A stretch of 64,000 nucleotides of DNA from Kofleriaceae bacterium (GTDB lineage Bacteria; Myxococcota_A; Polyangia; Haliangiales; Haliangiaceae), in the NCBI GenBank assembly GCA_965215005.1, contig CBDCCZ010000019.1, positions 64,001-128,000 of the forward strand, given 5' to 3'. The translations under genes and the position numbers were made by a program. Positions 27,842-38,213 of the stretch are shown piece by piece. Under the pieces are notes generated by a model. That model did not search any database and had not been told where the DNA came from. It was given only the letters and a program-made list of their open reading frames with translations. Positions within the stretch are counted from its first letter, which is position 1. Each line of letters begins with the position of its first letter.

Positions 27842-28534
27842 ATGAGCTCTGATTTACGATCGCTCGTGGCCCGTGAGCTGCGATTGCACCCGCGGGTGGC
27901 CTACCAAGGCCTCTTCGCCGGGGAAGACGCAGCGACCGAGCTCGCCGCTGCGCTGCCACCGCTGCCGCCGTTTCGCCACGACTACGCGGGCGCCATCACG
28001 GTCATCGACTGGGATCACCGGCTGCCGTCCAAGCAGCTGTGGCTACGTATTTACGCCTATTACGCGCAAGCGAGTTACGAGGCTGGCCAAGAAGCCTGCG
28101 ATGACCGTCTCGAAGAAATCGGCGCTCGCGACCGCTACCCTGAGTTTGACGTTCCCGATTTCGCCGAGCTTCCCGCCGACGAGGCGTATGAAGTCGAGCT
28201 CGCCCCCGACGGCACGATCGGACGCTGCCGGCTAACCTCCGCATGGCGACGAAGCATCGCGCGCGCCGATGCCGAGGCCGCCGTGGCGCTGGCCAAAGGC
28301 TCGGAAGAATTTGCCCGACTGGCGAGTCTCGCCGCCAAGCGGCCACGCAACCTCGGCGATCTCGAAGCCGTCTCGTGGACGCCACCATGCGAGACCCAGC
28401 ACCCGCAGTGGACGCTCGACGTCTGGTATCTACTCGCCTTCGATGGTCGCGTTGGCACCGGGCGCAGCTTCCTCATCGACCTCGACGATTCCGCGGTTAT
28501 CTCCGTGCGCGACTTCTCCGTGCGCACGGGTTAG
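27842..28534 (+). CDS. Hypothetical protein
   Basis: 230-aa ORF with normal codon usage; no recognised family. Confidence 0.7.
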   Translation: MSSDLRSLVARELRLHPRVAYQGLFAGEDAATELAAALPPLPPFRHDYAGAITVIDWDHRLPSKQLWLRIYAYYAQASYEAGQEACDDRLEEIGARDRYPEFDVPDFAELPADEAYEVELAPDGTIGRCRLTSAWRRSIARADAEAAVALAKGSEEFARLASLAAKRPRNLGDLEAVSWTPPCETQHPQWTLDVWYLLAFDGRVGTGRSFLIDLDDSAVISVRDFSVRTG

Positions 28535-28569
28535 AGGTCCACGGCGGCAGTCGCGAGTTGCGACCTGCC

Positions 28570-29220
28570 CTAGCGCGACTCGAGCACGCTCGGGGCCAGC
28601 TCGCGGTCGAGCGCAGCGGCAAGATCATGGGCGAGCGCGCGCTTGACCTCGTCTAAATCGAGCGCGCTTCGCGTCTCGGCGGCCAAGCTGGTCATCACCC
28701 CCGCATCAAAGCCACACGGATTGATACGCGCGAAATAGGAGAGGTCGGTGTTCACGTTGAGCGCGAGGCCGTGAAACGTGACCCATCGTCGACACGCGAT
28801 GCCTATCGACGCGAGCTTCTTGCCGCCAGTCCAGACGCCCGTCTTGCCGCTCTCGCGGCCAGCCGCAACGCCATACCTCGCGCACGTAGCGATCACTCCC
28901 TCTTCGAGATTGCGCAAGAACCGGTGCAGATCGCGCTCGCCTTCGCCGAGTGCAACGATCGGATACGCGACCAGCTGGCCAGGCCCGTGATAGGTGACAT
29001 CGCCGCCGCGCTCGATGGAGAGCACCGGCACATCACCAGGCGTGAGCACATTGGCGGCGGCCGTACGACGACGGCCGAGCGTAAACACGTGCGGATGCTC
29101 GAGGAGCAGCAGCGTATCTCGCGCGGCCTCTTCTTTGCGCGCACTCACTAGATGGAGCTGGCGCTGATGCGCAGCCGCATAGTCGATGAGACCGAGATCG
29201 ATGACGTGAAGAGCGGGCAC
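28570..29220 (-). CDS. lipB: Octanoyltransferase
   Basis: EHPHVFTLGR, RGGDVTYHGPGQLVAYP, KLASIG, HGLALNV, INPCG. Confidence 0.95.
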   Translation of the reverse strand: MPALHVIDLGLIDYAAAHQRQLHLVSARKEEAARDTLLLLEHPHVFTLGRRRTAAANVLTPGDVPVLSIERGGDVTYHGPGQLVAYPIVALGEGERDLHRFLRNLEEGVIATCARYGVAAGRESGKTGVWTGGKKLASIGIACRRWVTFHGLALNVNTDLSYFARINPCGFDAGVMTSLAAETRSALDLDEVKRALAHDLAAALDRELAPSVLESR

Positions 29221-29347
29221 GAGAGAGCGCCAACGTAGCGCGGCTGGAGGCGCCAGCAAAGCGGCGTACCACGAGACAACGAGAGCTATGCGGCGACCGT
29301 CGACCCGCAGAAGAGGAAGTTGCCGCTAGCCGCAAGCGAGTGCGAGC

Positions 29348-29857
29348 TCAGCTGTCACGATAGCCCGCGTGCAGCTCGCGCGGCCAATAACGCACCGGCT
29401 CCACCCCCGCCGCTGCGAGCTCGGCGGCAATGCGCTCGTAGTCGTAACAGTTGAGCTCGTACTGATTGCCCCATGGGTCGACTAGATTGAACGCCCAACA
29501 AAGGTCGAAGTCGACGATGTCGACGATTTGCAAGGCTCGTCCCGCAGGGCTGTTGATCTTGCCGGGCAGCGAACGGGCGAACGCCATGAACTCCTCGGCA
29601 TCGAGGCTAAAGGCGACGCCCGTCTTCTGCGGGATCATCGGGTGCCCCTCGCTCGCCTCGAACAGCGCGAGCATCGTTCGCCCACCGTCAGCAGAGATCT
29701 GCAGTGGCCCGCCTTCGAAGCCCTTCGCCCAGAAGTCGAACCGTTCTACCGGCGTGAACCCCAGGTGCTCGGCGTACCACCGCGCTGCCAAGTCCCGGTC
29801 CGGCACCCGAATGTGCACGTGGTCGAGCCGGCCCATGCGGAACTTGGATTCGCTCAT
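29348..29857 (-). CDS. VOC/glyoxalase family protein
   Basis: LDHVHIRVPD..AARWYAEHLG; DPWGNQYEL. Confidence 0.85.
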   Translation of the reverse strand: MSESKFRMGRLDHVHIRVPDRDLAARWYAEHLGFTPVERFDFWAKGFEGGPLQISADGGRTMLALFEASEGHPMIPQKTGVAFSLDAEEFMAFARSLPGKINSPAGRALQIVDIVDFDLCWAFNLVDPWGNQYELNCYDYERIAAELAAAGVEPVRYWPRELHAGYRDS

Positions 29858-29897
29858 CGCAGACTTTCTTTATCGAGCATGCGCGCATCCTACCTGC

Positions 29898-31076
29898 CTA
29901 ATGACAGAGGGGATGCCGCCTCATTACCTCGATTTGCTGCGCGCTAAGGGCAAACCGCTCGCTGCCGCCGGAGGGACTCATCAGATTCTCACGAAAGTCA
30001 GACTCACACGGCTCGGAGTGGCACTCCGGCGTGTCACTGAGCGGATCGTGGTCGCGACGGTCCAGCTCGCTTAGATGATAGAGCCCGAGATAATGGCCAA
30101 CCTCATGCGCCACCGTCGTGGCCACTGCGTCGAGATCGACCCGACCATCGGCGCCGACGAACGATTCCAAGCCAACCAGCACTCCAGCGGTCGGCCGCTC
30201 GCGCTCAAGCGGTCCCGGCAGCCCCAACGTATAGCCGCGTAACCCGCTGAGCGAACGCACCAGCAACACCGGAATCGTCCGCGGCTGTGAAGCCCCCGCC
30301 GCACGCGCCGTCTCGAGCATCGACTGCACCCGCGTGAGCGCATCGCGGTCGCTCTGCAAGTCGAGCTGCGTGCTTCCGAAGCTCAGCCGAACCGCCGTCG
30401 GCGTCTGCGCAACCAGCCCCGCATCCGAGAAAATCCGCCGCACGCGCCCCGCTAGCCAATCAACAGCTTCACGCGTGTGTTCCTCCGACAGCGCATCGTC
30501 GGCAACGATGAACTCCAGCGCAATCGCGCACTCCTCCGCAGGCACCGCCCCTTCCCCCGCCTGATACACCCGAATCGTGATGTCCTCATCCTCGATGCGG
30601 CCGCCGTCCCCCGCCTCCGCGCGCACCACCAACCGATACCGGCCCGGTAGCAGCTGCGTCTCCGCTCGATTGGGCACCAACCAATCCACGAACCCCGGCA
30701 CCGTCCGCGCCGCCCGCGTCACCAGCTGCCCCGCCTCCACCAAATCCTGACCATCCGGCGCCACCAGCGAGCTCAAAAAATACCGCCCCTTGCTCCCCTC
30801 CACCTCGATCAATACCGAGCGACTCGAAGCCCCTACCTCCACCGCCACCGGCTCCGACAGCCCCGCCCGAATGTGCCCCGTGTACTGCGACAACACCACG
30901 TCATCGAACGGCGCATCCCATCCATCCCCCACCGAAGCCGCACACGACAGCTGCGCCACCATCGCCAGCACCAGCAAAGCAGCGGGCCGCCCGCGATCCA
31001 GCAAGAACCGCAGGCGGCCAAGGGGGAGGCACTTCCGCACCATTCCCCTCATCAGCAACATTAGTGCCCATCGCAA
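29898..31076 (-). CDS. Putative lipoprotein with C-terminal zinc metallopeptidase (M43-like) domain
   Basis: HEVGHYLGLYH, DPLSDTPEC, ENLM Met-turn; lipobox-like QLSC; start uncertain. Confidence 0.75.
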   Translation of the reverse strand: MRWALMLLMRGMVRKCLPLGRLRFLLDRGRPAALLVLAMVAQLSCAASVGDGWDAPFDDVVLSQYTGHIRAGLSEPVAVEVGASSRSVLIEVEGSKGRYFLSSLVAPDGQDLVEAGQLVTRAARTVPGFVDWLVPNRAETQLLPGRYRLVVRAEAGDGGRIEDEDITIRVYQAGEGAVPAEECAIALEFIVADDALSEEHTREAVDWLAGRVRRIFSDAGLVAQTPTAVRLSFGSTQLDLQSDRDALTRVQSMLETARAAGASQPRTIPVLLVRSLSGLRGYTLGLPGPLERERPTAGVLVGLESFVGADGRVDLDAVATTVAHEVGHYLGLYHLSELDRRDHDPLSDTPECHSEPCESDFRENLMSPSGGSERFALSAQQIEVMRRHPLCH

Positions 31077-31231
31077 ACAGTGACCCAGCCCGCAATTCCA
31101 CCCTCCCCTCCGCCACCAAGCGCTTGATATCCAACAGATCGCTACCCCGCCGCCTCACCCCCTAGGTGGCAACTGTCCCCGCCACCCGGTCGCATCCGGA
31201 CCGCCCGCCGCCGAGCCAGCGGGCGTTCTTT

Positions 31232-31559
31232 CGTCGATCCATCGTCTGCTCTGGCTCATCCACCACCAAGACCGGCACGAAGCCGCCCGTTCCCGCAGTC
31301 GATCTTGCAAGCGGCTCCGAGCTAAGCCTCTTGCGCCATTACTGAATTCGGTGCGAAGCCACCCCTGTTCGACGCGAATAGCCGGCGTCACTTTCGCCGC
31401 TCGCCGCCAAACTCCTCCAACATCGCCGCACCCTCCGCCGCGCTCCACCGCCCGGCGGGGCAGGGTCTTGTCCCTGATCTCGATCTCGTTGATGGTTCAT
31501 GCCGTCGTACTGACCATGAAGCCGCCCATCGCAGTAGGTGCGGGAAGTCGGGCGGATAC
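31232..31559 (-). mobile_element. Truncated, diverged IS66 left end with tnpA pseudogene
   Basis: Reverse complement starts GTATCCGCCCGAC like the full copies; matches tnpA to CAGACGATGGATC; TAT>TAA nonsense codon. Confidence 0.85.
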
Positions 31560-33140
31560 CGCTAATCCTTAGCTAGAGAAGATTGCACGCTACAGTTGAC
31601 GCAGCGACTTTCTGGATGGCTTCAGGCGCGCTCGGAAGCCAAGGAAGTTGCTCCGTAGACCACGCGACGACACTGCCGTCTTCCGATCCTGTTATTACAG
31701 AAGAGTCTTGCATGCGAACAAACAGAACCGGCTGATGATGAGCTCCAATCGCAGCGCGACGCCCAGTATTCAGGTCCAGAAGAGTCACGCGACCAGATTT
31801 ATGGCCGACAGCGAGCACGTCTCCGGTGCGTGAGAGATCAACGGTAGTAGCGCTTGCAAATGGAGGAAGAGGAATCGATGTGTCACTTATCAGGTCACGT
31901 ACGAGCAGCTCACCGTCACTAGCAAGGGATGCGAGACGAGAGCCATCTTCGCTTATTACTGTGAAAACTACCGGTGCGGCGTGAGTATGTGCGTAGCTCA
32001 ACTCCACAGAGTCACCTAGACGGAACGTAGTCACACGACCCTCGCCGTCCCCCTGTGCTGCTGTGGAAGAACTACGACGCAATGCACTGGATGTGGAGCC
32101 GCCCCTGAGCCTGAAGACCTCGCGCCTGCGGCCATCACGCAGCAGTATCGCAGCGACTGAGCCATCACCTGCGGCAACGAGAAGTTCCCGATCATCACGA
32201 AAAAACTGTAGCTCTCGGACAGTCGAACTGAGCCTGCCAACCACTCTCTCCTCACCGCTCGCCAAATCGACGATTCGAATCTCTCCTTCGCTAGAAGAGA
32301 CCGCCAAATGTCTTTCATCGGCAGAAAACACAATCCCCGTCGCCGACGCCGCAAAGCGGCCCAGAGTTCGAATTTCGCCGGAATCAAATTCAATGAGAGC
32401 ATAGCTACCATCACGGCCTACGATGCCGACGTCGCGGCCGGAGGGTGATAGGCGCGCGCGCATGCTCTGGCTCACGGGGGTGATAGTCCGTCGGAGACCC
32501 GCTTGACGATCCCACAAGAGCAAAGCCCCCGTACTAGCTCTTGCCAAAATCCGCATTGTGCTTTCGCTGGTCTCCAGCCAATGGATCGGCTGCGATTGCT
32601 GAAGCCCAACCTCAGCAACCGGTGGAAGCTTCCAGACACGGGCAGTGCCATCGGCGGAGACAGAGACTGTAGTGCGAGCGTCGGAGAAAAAATCAACAAC
32701 ATGCGCAGTCGTGGTGTGCCCCTTCAGAACCTGACGGGTCTTTGAAATGAAGTCTCCGATGATCAACTCTCCACTCGCCGAGGCGGCGATAAAGAAGCGG
32801 CCATCCGCTGAAATCCGAGCTGCATAAAATCCCGCGGGTTCAGCTAGAAATTCATCCGGCCTCACGAAGTCATCGAGAGCCCAGGCTAACACGCGCCCAT
32901 CACTGCCAAACGTGATCAGTTGCCGCTCAGCCTCCCGAAACTGCGGTATAGCGGTTGAAGAATGTCCAGCCAAGTGCTGGCACTCCCCCGTTTTCAGTCG
33001 ACACACGCTGATACGCGGATCACTAAACGATGTGGCTGCGACAAGACCAGACTTCGGCTCGAACTCGAGGTACATCAGCTCGTATCCGCCCGACAGCCCG
33101 CACCTACTGCGACGCGCGGCTTCATGGTCATTAGGAGAGC

Positions 33141-33530
33141 ATGAAGCATCAACGAGAGCGAGATCAGGGCCAACCAGCTGCCCCGCCGAGCGGGCGTGCG
33201 CGGTGGAGCGCGGCGGAGGGAGCGGCGATGTTGGAGGAGTTGGCGGCTAGCGGCGAGAGTGACGCCGGCTACTCGCGCCGAACCGGGGTGGCTTCGCACC
33301 GAATTCAGTATTGGCGCAAGAGGCTTAGCTCGGAGCCGCGTGCGAGATCGATGGCGGGAACGGGCGGCTTCGTGCCGGTCCTGGTGGTGGATGAGCCAGA
33401 GCAGACGATGGATCGGCGGCAGGTCGAGGTCACGCTACGAACTGGCGCAACGATGGTGTTTCGTGGCGACTGGAATGCGGTGTCGCTACGGCCTTGGATG
33501 GCAGTCTTGGGAGGCGACCATGCTGAGTAA
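33141..33530 (+). CDS. tnpA: IS66 accessory protein TnpA
   Basis: HTH-like SGESDAGYSRRTGV..IQYWRKRL, FVPV. Confidence 0.85.
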   Translation: MKHQRERDQGQPAAPPSGRARWSAAEGAAMLEELAASGESDAGYSRRTGVASHRIQYWRKRLSSEPRARSMAGTGGFVPVLVVDEPEQTMDRRQVEVTLRTGATMVFRGDWNAVSLRPWMAVLGGDHAE

Positions 33531-33858
33531 CCGTGCCGCGCGCGTCTTTGCGTATGCGTCGCCGTGTGACATGCGCAAGCAGATGGATGGGCTGTCGACG
33601 CTGGTGCGCGAACAGCTCGAGCGGGAGCCAGAAGGTGGCGACCTGTATCTGTTTCGCAACCGTCGCGGCGATATGATCAAGATCTTGTTCTTTGATCAAG
33701 GCGGGTACTGCCTACTAAGCAAGCGGCTGGTGAAGGGCACGTTTCAGATGCGCCTTTCGATCAAAAATGATCAATGCGCTGCTGAGATAACGCAAGCGGA
33801 GCTAAGTCGACTGCTTACGCGCGCTGAGTTGGTGCAAGAGATGTCGCAAAGCACTTGA
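33520..33858 (+). CDS. tnpB: IS66 accessory protein TnpB
   Basis: PCDMRKQMDGL, LYLFRNRRGDMIKILFFD, KRLVKGTF. Confidence 0.92.
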   Translation: MLSNRAARVFAYASPCDMRKQMDGLSTLVREQLEREPEGGDLYLFRNRRGDMIKILFFDQGGYCLLSKRLVKGTFQMRLSIKNDQCAAEITQAELSRLLTRAELVQEMSQST

Positions 33859-33886
33859 ACTTCGATCCGCCGCCTGCTAGCGAAGA

Positions 33887-35494
33887 GTGCAGGTGACGGC
33901 AGCGCGCACAGAGGTTCACGAGGCACTTGAGGCGCTCGATGCGCTTCGAGACAAGGTGAGCGACGCGGAACGCGCGACGGTGGATCGCATCATTGCTCTG
34001 CTGAGCTCGCTCGGAGACGAGGTGTCCGAGCTCAGCGAGCGCGTGCGATGGTTGATCGGCGCACCATATCGCAAGAAGGCTGAAGCGGTGCCCGCTGGAC
34101 AGTTAGCGCTGGATCTGTTGAATGTGCTCGCCTTCAACCGCGAAGTGACTTCCCCGGAGCCAGTGGAAGTTGAACGCAGCGCGCCGGCAAAGCCAAAACA
34201 GAAGCGAGTGCGTCGTGGCAAGGAGCTACGTGTCGAGGTGGTCGAAGCACGCCTCACTGGCGACGAGCGTAACTGCGGCTCGTGCGGCAAGACCCGAGCG
34301 GAGCTGCCGCCAGATATCCAGCGGCGAATCATCTTTCAGCCGGCGCAGCTTTATAAGCTGGAAGAGCACCGCTTCAAGTACGCATGTCGGCGTTGCGATG
34401 ACGGCATCGTAACGCCGCCGCCTCAACTTCCTGCAAAGCCCATCTCCGGTAGCATGGCGTCAGCCAGCTTGCTTGCCCATTTGGTGGTTGGCAAAGTGCT
34501 CGATGGTCTGCCGATTGAGCGTATCGCCCGCAGCCTCCGCCGCCATGGTGCAAATCTAGCTGCGTCGACCCTCAACGACTGGTTTGGCGAGACGGCACGC
34601 ATGCTGGCGTTTCTCCATCCGCTCCTGCGAACAGAGCTTCTAAAGTCTAGACTCATCAGTTTGGACGACACACCGCTCAAGGCACAAAGCCGCGGCTCGC
34701 CAAGCGGCAAGACGATGGTGCGCGGCCGTCAATGGCTTTACCTTGGCGACATCAGTCGTATCGCTTACGCTGAATTCAGCGAAGACTGGAAAGGAAAGCA
34801 CCCTCGCGCCGTGCTTTCCGAGTTTTCCGGAAGCATCCAAGGCGACGGCTATGGCGGCATCAATCCACTATTCGCCCGCGATGGTGGACCTATCCGCGTC
34901 GGCTGCAACGACCATGCACGCCGCAAATTCGTGGCTGCGCTCGAGCAAGGCGATCGACGAGCCCAGCCGATCGTCGACATCTACAAAGCACTCTACGCCA
35001 TCGAACGCGAGGCTAAAGAGCGCGGGTTAGATGACGTGGGGCGGGGCACGCTGCGCGCTGCCGCGTCGGTGCCGACCTGGAAGCGGCTCACAGAGGCCGT
35101 TGCCAAACTCGCGCCGCAAGCAGGCAGCAAGAGTCCATTGGGCAAAGCCGTCGTCTACTTTCAGCGCCAGCTGCCAACACTCGAGGTCTTTCTTACCGAC
35201 GGCTCGCTGCCCATCTCCAATGCTCACGTCGAGCGCCGGCTGCGCACCGTCGGCATCTTCCGCAAAAACTGCCTCTTCGTCGGCAGCGTCGAGGCAGGTC
35301 AGCGCTTTGCCATCCTCCTCTCGCTCGTTCTCCAGTGCGAGCTCGACGGCGTCAATCCCTACGACTACTTCGCCGACGTCATCGACAAAATCGCTAACGG
35401 CTGGATGATGAGCCGCGCCCCTGAGCTCCTGCCACGCGCCTGGCTCGCCGCCCGCGAGTGCCCAGAGCAGCCCGCCGGCGATACTCTCTCCTGA
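33887..35494 (+). CDS. tnpC: IS66 DDE transposase TnpC
   Basis: CGSC..CRRC zinc finger, LDDTP, QGDGYGG, CNDHARRKF, SNAHVERRLR, ELLP. Confidence 0.95.
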   Translation: MQVTAARTEVHEALEALDALRDKVSDAERATVDRIIALLSSLGDEVSELSERVRWLIGAPYRKKAEAVPAGQLALDLLNVLAFNREVTSPEPVEVERSAPAKPKQKRVRRGKELRVEVVEARLTGDERNCGSCGKTRAELPPDIQRRIIFQPAQLYKLEEHRFKYACRRCDDGIVTPPPQLPAKPISGSMASASLLAHLVVGKVLDGLPIERIARSLRRHGANLAASTLNDWFGETARMLAFLHPLLRTELLKSRLISLDDTPLKAQSRGSPSGKTMVRGRQWLYLGDISRIAYAEFSEDWKGKHPRAVLSEFSGSIQGDGYGGINPLFARDGGPIRVGCNDHARRKFVAALEQGDRRAQPIVDIYKALYAIEREAKERGLDDVGRGTLRAAASVPTWKRLTEAVAKLAPQAGSKSPLGKAVVYFQRQLPTLEVFLTDGSLPISNAHVERRLRTVGIFRKNCLFVGSVEAGQRFAILLSLVLQCELDGVNPYDYFADVIDKIANGWMMSRAPELLPRAWLAARECPEQPAGDTLS

Positions 35495-37822
35495 GGCCAG
35501 AGCGTCGGCGTCCCCGTCCTCGGCGGCTCTTCCTGGTTCACTACATCTCACGCCTGCCTTTTCGCACGGCCGCACCGCCTTAGGCAGGTGCGCGCTGTCG
35601 GGCGCTTACATCAGCTCTTCAAATTGAGTGGAGAACGTCCTCCAGCCGCCGCTGCGCAAGTCCAACACGCCTACCATGCCCTCCAAGCCCCCGCATATCA
35701 CTGTCTGAGCATCGGGGGAGAACGCGGCGCAGATAACCCACTTTTTGAACGGACGCGTAGAAGAGAGAATGCCCTTAGCGGGATCGATCACGACGACCTC
35801 GCCACGCTCAGTACCCACTGCAAACAGCTGGTGCGGGGCCGCAGCGGCGACAAGGCTCCGAGGAGGGGACGGCAACTTCCACGACGTCACCTCGTTTGAA
35901 TCGAAGGCCCATGATTCGGCAGTACCATCCGCGTGCACGGAGACCAATAAACGTTCTCCAAGGAAGCCGAGTCGCACGGCTGGAGAATCAACAGCGCGGC
36001 TAGCGACGAGCCGTCGGGCCCTAGCATCCCAAACCTCGATCTTCTTATGACCTGTTGCGATGTATCGATCATTGGGGTGAACTGCAACGTCTATGAAGAA
36101 GTTGTTGGGGTTGAGCGCCGGCACGCTGATGGTGAGTGTCGCTACGCCTTCGGCGAAGGCATCAGCCAACACTTGCTGCGCAGCGGCGGGCTCAGCATCG
36201 ATGACACTGGGGAACTCGTGAAGGAGCTCGATGGCGCTCGTTGGCGCCGTGGAGACCAAGTTGTTTGCCTGTAGCAACACGAAGCGATTGCGCTCCGTTT
36301 CCGCGGCTACTTTCTCGCGGGCGGCGATGCTTCGCTGACGCTGCGCCTCGTTTCGTTCCTCGACGACTCGTGCGACCGCAAACGCTCCGACGAGAAGCGC
36401 AGCGAGCAGGCCCGTGGCGATGGCTCCCAGTAGTGTTCTGTGGCCGGCGATCCATCGCCTCGCCAGGTCGTGCCATGAGTAGACGTGAGCTCCGACCAGC
36501 TGGCCGTCTTGAAAACGGCGAAGATCGGCGGCGAGCTCAGCGCCGTTTGCATAGCGCTCCGACGGGTCCCGCGCCATCGCTCGAGTGATGATAGCGACCA
36601 GTCCCACCGGAATCGGCTGGCTTACGACCATGGCGATATCGGCGGGTGCACCGCGGCGGACGGCTTCGACGATCTCCTTTGGTTCACTGCTAGCGATGTC
36701 GGCGTAGGGGCGCGAGCCGCAAACGATCTCGTAAAGAATTGCGCCCAGCGCGTAAACATCGGTCGGCTCGGCAACCTCATGCCCTGCGGCTTGTTCGGGC
36801 GACATATACGCGGGAGTTCCCACGACCTCGCCGTAGATCGTGACCGTATCGCTTACCGGCACGTCATTGGAGAAGTGCTCATCTTCCGATTGCGCTTGGC
36901 CTCGCAAGTCCTTCGCCAAGCCCCAGTCGATGACGACGGTCTCACCGTATTCACCGAGGATGATGTTGGCGGGCTTGAGGTCGCGATGGATGATGCCTTT
37001 GCTGTGGGCATAGGCGATTGCATCCGCGACGGCGAGCACGTTTGGAAGCAGCCGGAGGCGCGCTTCTAGTCCATCGCACGACCCGATCACCTCTTTTAGA
37101 GACCGGCCCGCGACGAACTTCATCGTGTAGAACATCTCGCCATCTGGCCGGCAGCCAGCATCGTGAACGGGCACGATTGCGGGATGTTCTAGACGAGCGG
37201 TGATTCGCGCCTCGCGCACAAATCGCGCTTCGGCACGATCACTGCGGTGCAATAGTTCCTTCACCGCGATAGGGCGGCCGAGGTCGCGGTCGTAGGCGAT
37301 TAGCACGCGGCCTAGCCCGCCCTGCCCGTGCACGGGTCCTAACTGATAACGCTGAGACTCCCGTAGCGGAAGCCGTTCACCAAGCGCTCGAGCCGACGGC
37401 AATGCGTCATCGGGCATCGCGGTGGAAACCGTCTGAGCATCGTCCTGCTGCGTCAGCGTCCGATCGCCGCCCGTATGCAACGTGGTGCGCTTCACCGCTG
37501 AAACCGAGGCGTGCCGTGCGGGTTGGAGTCAAGCATATTTCGCGATGCCCCTCCTCTACGGACAGTCTCGTCTGTCGACAGTGCTGGCCTCGAAGAGTTT
37601 GCGAATGCTGGATGCCACAGAGGTGCAACAGGTTGCAACCAGCAATTGCTTAGTCGGTCCCCGGCTGGCCACGGAGAGGTGATCAACAACAAGTCCCGCC
37701 ACGCCTCTGCCGCGAAAACGGTTACGCCAGCAGGAACACGCTTCGCGTGCAGACACGGCTTCGCTACGTGCGACATTCGCTCGCTCGACTGAAGCGCTGC
37801 GGCGCAGGTGCTGGAAGGGCGC

Positions 37823-37857
37823 GCCCCGATGCCGTGTACCGGCCACGGCATCGGGGC
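37823..37857. other. Perfect 14-bp GC-rich hairpin (terminator- or REP-like)
   Basis: GCCCCGATGCCGTG-TACCGGC-CACGGCATCGGGGC. Confidence 0.6.
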
Positions 37858-38213
37858 GGCATGTTCTTGTGGGCAGGAGCACATAGTCTCGCATGCAGTC
37901 GACCTGGGCCCGAGTCAAGAGCGTTGACCCAGCTGACTGTTCGATGAAGTCGGCTGGACCTTATGAAGGTTGATTGCCCGCGACAACCTCTAGCGGCGGC
38001 AAGGATTGGCAAATGAGGGACGGCGGCGTGACTACCTAGCGAGCGATGGCGCCGCTGCGGTGACTCCGCCTTCACCCGGCCGTCCCTCGAGCTTACGCGC
38101 AACCGCTACTGTCCGAGGCGCTCGTGGAGAGCATTCCCTGTTCGGCGCGTTCTTCCACGTGACGTGTCTTCGCGGCCAGCAATCCGCTCGGTTGAGGAGC
38201 CTTATTGTTGGCG

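Larger units (their letters stand above)
33082..35609 (+). mobile_element. IS66-family insertion sequence, copy 1 (2528 bp)
   Basis: Imperfect TIRs GTATCCGCCCGACAGCCCGCACCT / GTAAGCGCCCGACAGCGCGCACCT; 8-bp TSD ATCAGCTC at 33074-33081 and 35610-35617; tnpA-tnpB-tnpC. Confidence 0.97.
31573..37495 (-). pseudogene. Ser/Thr kinase-TM-WD40 gene (about 1128 aa when rejoined) interrupted by IS66
   Basis: Kinase motifs GQGGLGRV, IAVK, HRDLKPAN, DWG, GTPAYMSPE in 35606..37495; WD40 repeats in 31573..33075; removing the IS and one TSD gives in-frame QFEELMYLEF. Confidence 0.92.

Noticed and set aside
31232..35609. Composite transposon carrying the WD40 half
   Set aside because: The fragment lacks its right end, and copy 1 has its own TSD, so these are independent insertions
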